This document shows, one piece after another, positions 27,203 to 32,000 of a stretch of 32,000 nt of DNA. Origin of the DNA: an uncultured bacterium (GTDB taxonomy: Bacteria; Patescibacteriota; Gracilibacteria; UBA1369; PNNO01); the NCBI GenBank assembly GCA_963704705.1, contig OY969931.1, forward strand, positions 1,080,001 through 1,112,000. The letters run 5' to 3'. Below the pieces are notes generated by a model. The model was given only the letters and a program-made list of their open reading frames with translations. It was not told where the DNA came from and did not search any database. Position numbers and translations under genes: made by a program. Each line of letters starts with the position of its first letter. The first letter of the stretch is position 1.

Positions 27203-27991
27203 GTGTTAAAATATATTGAAATTAAAAAAATAAACATGTTAGCACTCTCAACAGATTCACTTACCGGATACGGCCTTAACCGTATTTTTCAGTTTGCCAA
27301 AGAAGCAGGTTATGATGGCGTTGATGTTAAAATTTCTGAGAATAATTATGATTCCCAGAATGGTGAATATATTAAAAAATTGTCAGATGAATTTGGGATT
27401 CCAATTCTTGCTCTTCAGTTAAATGACCCTAGCCCTAAAACTTTAAAAAGCACTATTGAAATTGCCAAGACAGTTGGCTGCAAAGTAATTATTGTTCAGC
27501 CTCCTAAAATTTTCAGTTTCAGACAGCAATCATGGCTTAAAGGAGAAGTGCCTAAAATCAGAGCAAAAGAAGGAATTTCAATTGCTCTTGAGAATGCTCC
27601 GGCTGATATGATTCTTGGATTTATTCCAAAACATGCGATGAATAATATAGTTGAGATGAAAAAATTCAAACATGCATGTATTGATACAACAAGAATTGCA
27701 TCTAAGAGTCAGGATTTAATGAGAGTTTACAAATCACTTGAAAAATATTTGGTACATATTCACCTTTCAAATGTAAAAGGTTCAAAAAAATATTATCTTC
27801 CGGACGATGGAATTCTTCCATTGGAAAGCTTTTTAACAAAGCTGAAACAGGATGATTTCCCTGGTACTATTTCAATGAAAGTTAATCCTAAATATATAGA
27901 TGCTGGTGATGATGAAAAAGTAATGAAGCATCTGATAGATATGAAGGATTACTACAATAAATATTTTGCCCAACCTAAAATAGGTGAATAA
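27203..27991 (+). CDS. sugar phosphate isomerase/epimerase-like TIM-barrel (AP endonuclease family 2)
   Basis: FAKEAGYDGVDVKISE, SLEKYLVHIHLSNVKGSKKYYLPDDGILPLESFLTKLKQDDFPGTISMKVNP; start may be 27236. Confidence 0.75.
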   Translation: MLKYIEIKKINMLALSTDSLTGYGLNRIFQFAKEAGYDGVDVKISENNYDSQNGEYIKKLSDEFGIPILALQLNDPSPKTLKSTIEIAKTVGCKVIIVQPPKIFSFRQQSWLKGEVPKIRAKEGISIALENAPADMILGFIPKHAMNNIVEMKKFKHACIDTTRIASKSQDLMRVYKSLEKYLVHIHLSNVKGSKKYYLPDDGILPLESFLTKLKQDDFPGTISMKVNPKYIDAGDDEKVMKHLIDMKDYYNKYFAQPKIGE

Positions 27992-28004
27992 ATTCTAATT
28001 CTGC

Positions 28005-28032
28005 TTGACTTTAAGGCGAAAATGAATAAAAT
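28005..28032 (+). promoter_or_regulatory. putative promoter upstream of rpoB
   Basis: TTGACT (28005-28010) - N16 - TAAAAT (28027-28032). Confidence 0.4.
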
Positions 28033-28139
28033 TATATCGCTGTGAGATAATTTTCCTTTTGAATTTACCTGGAAAATATACGACTGCGTTGAGGAAAACA
28101 GCCCATGTTTTATATATATTCTGTCACCTTTTATTAATC

Positions 28140-31100
28140 ATGCCTAAAAAGTCAACTTCAAAGAAAAAGGCTGATAAAAAGCCTGCTAAAAAACAAGTGA
28201 AGGCTATTGTCAAGCCAAAATCTACTAAAGCAAAGGCTAAACCTAAAAAGGTTATGCCTGTTAAAGCTGGTCCCAGAGCGACCAAAGGGAGCTCTACTTC
28301 GCGAAGCGGAGCTAAAAAAGTAAAAAAGAATGTTGGTGTTAAAGCCGGTCCAAAAAAATTAAAAACAAGTAAACCTGAAGCAAAAGTTCAAGCTGCGCCA
28401 AAAAAAGCTTTGCCTAAAGCAAAAGCTAAAGCAGCAAAACCAAAGAAAAGGCTTAAAATTAGAGAAGCTGTTTTCTCGATGCAACCATACATTGAGGCAA
28501 TTTCTAAGCCTATTACAAAAACTGCTGAAAGAAAATATTTCAGACCGCAGTTGGATGTTAAACAAGAACTTCCACCATTAATTGAAATTCAGATAATGTC
28601 TTATAAATGGTTTTTGGAAGAAGGATTAAGAGAGCTTTTGGATGAAATTTCTCCGATTGCAGACTTTTCAGGCAAAAAACTTGAACTTCACTTTTTGGAA
28701 CATTCAATTGGCGAACCTAAATATGATCCTGAAACAGCGAAGAACAAAAATTTAAGTTATGAAGCTCCGTTAAAAGTACATGTACAACTTATTAATAAAG
28801 AGACAGGTGAAATTAAAGAACAGGATGTATTCCTTGGAAGTATTCCTTTGATGACAGATAGAGGAACTTTTATTATTAATGGAATCGAAAGAGTTGTTGT
28901 AAGTCAGATAGTTAGATCTCCTGGTGTGTTCTTCTCAAATAATTCTGCTGCTCCAGGCATGTGCAGCGCAAAAATCATTCCAAAAAGAGGAGCATGGCTT
29001 GAAATTGAAACTGATAAAAAAGGTATTATTACAGTTAAAATTGATCGAAAACGTAAAATTCCTATTACTCAATTGTTAAGAGTTTTCGGATATGAAAAAG
29101 ACAAAGAAATTTTAGATTTATTTAAAGATGTAATTACAGATATTGAACATGATTACATTTTAAAAACTCTGGAAAAAGATAGTGCTAAATCAATTGATGA
29201 AGCATATCAAAGTATTTACAGGAAAATCAGACCTGGTGATCTTGCAACACCTGAAAACGCAAAAGCCCTTATTACTTCTATGTTCTTTGACTATAGAAAA
29301 TATGACATGGGGCCTGTTGCAAGATACAAATTAAATAAGAGATTCAAACTTTCTACTCCGAATGAAAAAAAATATCATACTTTTCAGGTTGAAGATTTAG
29401 TTCATATACTTAAATATTTAGTACGACTTAATAATGGTGAATTAAAACCTGATGATATCGATCATTTATCAAACAGACGTATCAGAGCGGTTGGTGAACT
29501 TGTTCAGAATAAATTCAGAGTTGGTTTATTAAGAACAGACAGAATCGCAAAAGACAGGATGACTGTTATGGATTTGGATACTGTCACTCCGACTCAGTTG
29601 ATTAACTCTAGGCCTATAACGGCTGCATTACGTGAATTCTTCGCGAGCTCACAGCTTTCGCAGTTTATGGATCAAACTAATCCACTTGCAGAACTTGCTC
29701 ATAAAAGAAGACTTTCTGCTATGGGGCCCGGTGGACTTTCACGTGAACGTGCTTCATTTGATGTACGTGACGTGCATACCTCGCATTACGGAAGAATTTG
29801 TCCTATTGCAACACCTGAAGGACCAAACATTGGTTTGGTTGTTCATTTGGCAACATTCGGACGTGTTAATAAATATGGATTTATCGAAACGCCATTTAGA
29901 GAAGTTGCACATACTGTTCCAAACAAAGCTAAAGACATGATTGGAAGGCATGCATCTCAGGACATTATTAATCCAGGCACTAAAAAAGCCATTGTTAAAG
30001 CTAACGAACTTATTGATGAAAAAGCAGCTAAAGCAATTGAAAAACTTAAAATTGATGAAGTTCCGGTAATAGCATATGTTACGACCAATACAAAGTATAT
30101 GGATGCTGATGAAGAAAAACCATTAACAATTTCTCAGGCAAATACACCAATCGATGATAAAACAGGAGAATTCCAGGAATTAAGAGTTGCTGCCCGTGAA
30201 AATTCAGAACCTGTATTGGCTGATGCCGAAGACGTAACTCATATGGATGTATCTCCAAAACAGATCATCTCTGTTACTACTTCACTTATTCCATTCCTTG
30301 AGCATGATGATAATACACGTGCTTCAATGGGTTCAAACATGCAACGTCAGGCTGTATCTCTTGTGTCACCTGAAGCTCCGATTGTCGGAACAGGTATGGA
30401 AGAACTTGCAGCTAAATCTTCAGGTCAGGTATTGATTGCTGAAGATGACGGTACTGTTTCATATGTTGATGCTAATGAAATTACAGTTATTTATAAAAAC
30501 GGTAAAAAAGTTACTTATACTCTTCATGTTTACAGCAGATCAAACCAGGCTACTTCTATTCATCAGAGAGCAGTTGTAGATCAAGGCGATAAAGTTAAAA
30601 AAGGTGACGTACTTGCTGATGGTGCATCAACTGACGGCGGAGAACTTGCACTTGGAAGAAACCTTCTGGTGGCTTACATGGCTTGGCAGGGTTACAACTA
30701 TGAAGATGCGGTAATTATTTCTGACAGACTTGTTAGAGATAGTGTTTATGATTCAGTTCATATCGAAACATTCACAATGGATGTTCGTGATACAAAACTA
30801 GGACCTGAAATTGTAACAAGAGATATCCCTAACGTTGGAGAAAACAGATTAAAAGATCTGGATGAAGACGGTGTTGTGAGAATCGGTGCGCATGTAAAAG
30901 AAGGAGATATCCTGGTTGGTAAAATCACACCAAAAGGTGAAACTGAATTAACCGCCGAAGAAAGATTATTACGTGCTATCTTCGGTGATAAAGCGCGTGA
31001 TGTAAAAGATACTTCATTAAGACTTCCCGGTGGTGAAGGCGGAAAAGTAGTTGGTGTTCAATTATTCACAAGACAAAATGGAGATGAACTTCCAACAGGA

Positions 31101-32000
31101 GTAAACAAACAAATCAGAGTAAGTGTTGCGCAGACTCGTAAAATCTCAGTTGGAGATAAAATAGCGGGACGCCATGGTAATAAAGGTGTAATTTCAATTA
31201 TTGTACCTCAGGAAGATATGCCGTTCTTACCGGATGGAACACCTGTTGATATTGTTTTGAATCCGCTTGGTGTATCAAGTCGTATGAATATCGGACAAAT
31301 TTTAGAAACGCATTTGGGATGGGCAGCAATAAAACTTGGCATGAAAGTTGCGAGTCCGGCGTTAAACGGAGCAAAACCTAAAGACATTACTGATCTTCTT
31401 AAAAAAGCGGGCTTACCTGAAGATGGAAAAATCCAGCTTTATGATGGAAAATCAGGTGAACCGTTTGATCACAAAACAACAGTAGGTATTGCTTACATAA
31501 TGAAATTGAGCCATTTGATTGAAGATAAAATCCATGCAAGATCTGTTGGACCATATTCACTTGTTACTCAGCAGCCTCTTGGAGGTAAAGCTCAGCATGG
31601 TGGACAGAGATTCGGAGAAATGGAGGTGTGGGCACTTGAAGCATATGGTGCATCTCATACTCTTCAGGAAATGCTCACAATCAAATCCGATGATGTATAC
31701 GGAAGAGCAAAGGCTTATGAATCAATCGTTAAAGGTGAAGCTATCAGAAAACCAAGAACACCTGAATCATTCAATGTACTTGTAAAAGAATTACAAAGTT
31801 TATGTTTGAGTGTTGATCTTGTTAATACTGATACATCTGACGATGACCTGGCCGAGGACGAATACTCAATCAAAGAAGTTGAAAAAGAAGAAGAAGAAAT
31901 TTTAAAAGAAGATATCGAAGACAGAGAAGAAGTTGATCCTGAAGTAGCAAAGAAAATGGCTGAACAAATTGTGACTCCTCATGAAGGTGGGAATCGCATT
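28140..32000 (+). CDS. rpoB: DNA-directed RNA polymerase subunit beta, partial (runs off window), with Lys/Ala/Pro-rich N-terminal extension
   Basis: Open frame of 1287 codons from ATG 28140 to the window edge; [49 protein letters not shown]-equivalent rif region ([64 protein letters not shown]), [18 protein letters not shown]. Absent from the ORF track because it has no stop in the window. Confidence 0.95.
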   Translation, partial: MPKKSTSKKKADKKPAKKQVKAIVKPKSTKAKAKPKKVMPVKAGPRATKGSSTSRSGAKKVKKNVGVKAGPKKLKTSKPEAKVQAAPKKALPKAKAKAAKPKKRLKIREAVFSMQPYIEAISKPITKTAERKYFRPQLDVKQELPPLIEIQIMSYKWFLEEGLRELLDEISPIADFSGKKLELHFLEHSIGEPKYDPETAKNKNLSYEAPLKVHVQLINKETGEIKEQDVFLGSIPLMTDRGTFIINGIERVVVSQIVRSPGVFFSNNSAAPGMCSAKIIPKRGAWLEIETDKKGIITVKIDRKRKIPITQLLRVFGYEKDKEILDLFKDVITDIEHDYILKTLEKDSAKSIDEAYQSIYRKIRPGDLATPENAKALITSMFFDYRKYDMGPVARYKLNKRFKLSTPNEKKYHTFQVEDLVHILKYLVRLNNGELKPDDIDHLSNRRIRAVGELVQNKFRVGLLRTDRIAKDRMTVMDLDTVTPTQLINSRPITAALREFFASSQLSQFMDQTNPLAELAHKRRLSAMGPGGLSRERASFDVRDVHTSHYGRICPIATPEGPNIGLVVHLATFGRVNKYGFIETPFREVAHTVPNKAKDMIGRHASQDIINPGTKKAIVKANELIDEKAAKAIEKLKIDEVPVIAYVTTNTKYMDADEEKPLTISQANTPIDDKTGEFQELRVAARENSEPVLADAEDVTHMDVSPKQIISVTTSLIPFLEHDDNTRASMGSNMQRQAVSLVSPEAPIVGTGMEELAAKSSGQVLIAEDDGTVSYVDANEITVIYKNGKKVTYTLHVYSRSNQATSIHQRAVVDQGDKVKKGDVLADGASTDGGELALGRNLLVAYMAWQGYNYEDAVIISDRLVRDSVYDSVHIETFTMDVRDTKLGPEIVTRDIPNVGENRLKDLDEDGVVRIGAHVKEGDILVGKITPKGETELTAEERLLRAIFGDKARDVKDTSLRLPGGEGGKVVGVQLFTRQNGDELPTGVNKQIRVSVAQTRKISVGDKIAGRHGNKGVISIIVPQEDMPFLPDGTPVDIVLNPLGVSSRMNIGQILETHLGWAAIKLGMKVASPALNGAKPKDITDLLKKAGLPEDGKIQLYDGKSGEPFDHKTTVGIAYIMKLSHLIEDKIHARSVGPYSLVTQQPLGGKAQHGGQRFGEMEVWALEAYGASHTLQEMLTIKSDDVYGRAKAYESIVKGEAIRKPRTPESFNVLVKELQSLCLSVDLVNTDTSDDDLAEDEYSIKEVEKEEEEILKEDIEDREEVDPEVAKKMAEQIVTPHEGGNRI

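Noticed and set aside
28359-32000. Short ORFs listed on both strands inside rpoB (for example 28359-28565, 29632-29940, 29754-29951, 31519-31785)
   Set aside because: They are out-of-frame or antisense to the continuous conserved RpoB frame.
1-32000. CRISPR array, transposon/IS, prophage, rRNA or tRNA genes
   Set aside because: No regularly spaced repeats, transposase motifs, phage genes or cloverleaf-like segments were recognised by eye; a tRNAscan/CRISPR tool run would confirm.

Overview
AT-rich bacterial chromosomal segment. Gene content and order suggest a small-genome lineage, possibly Patescibacteria/CPR-like, but that is inference. The window carries mostly housekeeping genes: LCP/LytR, RsuA/RluB-type pseudouridine synthase, D-Ala-D-Ala carboxypeptidase, MraY, an ECF sigma + FecR/DUF5667-like pair, Fbp, class II Fba, FtsL-like, RsmH, small multidrug export-type membrane protein, HNH protein, SLH protein, HI0933-type flavoprotein, Sua5/YrdC, GAPDH, Ca2+-type P-ATPase, HrcA-GrpE-DnaK with two CIRCE elements, VIT1-like, AI-2E family transporter, SerS, TIM-barrel isomerase and RpoB (partial). 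The standout anomalies are two GC-rich, self-contained transcription units in this AT-rich background. Unit A (14301-14702) has a consensus promoter, a roughly 360-nt strongly structured GC-rich body without a normal-size ORF, and a perfect 13-bp-stem terminator; it is a candidate unknown structured RNA or mini-ORF RNA. Unit B (16387-16954) has a consensus promoter, a structured leader, a perfect Shine-Dalgarno, an orphan GC-rich 133-aa ORF and a GC-rich terminator. Both promoters are TTGACA-N16-TATAAT, and both terminator U-tracts overlap the stop codon of the convergent neighbour gene. Also notable are a ~106-aa Lys/Ala/Pro-rich histone-H1-like N-terminal extension on RpoB, a compact HrcA, and a near absence of Shine-Dalgarno sequences except in the GC-rich units. 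No CRISPR array, transposon, rRNA or tRNA was recognised.
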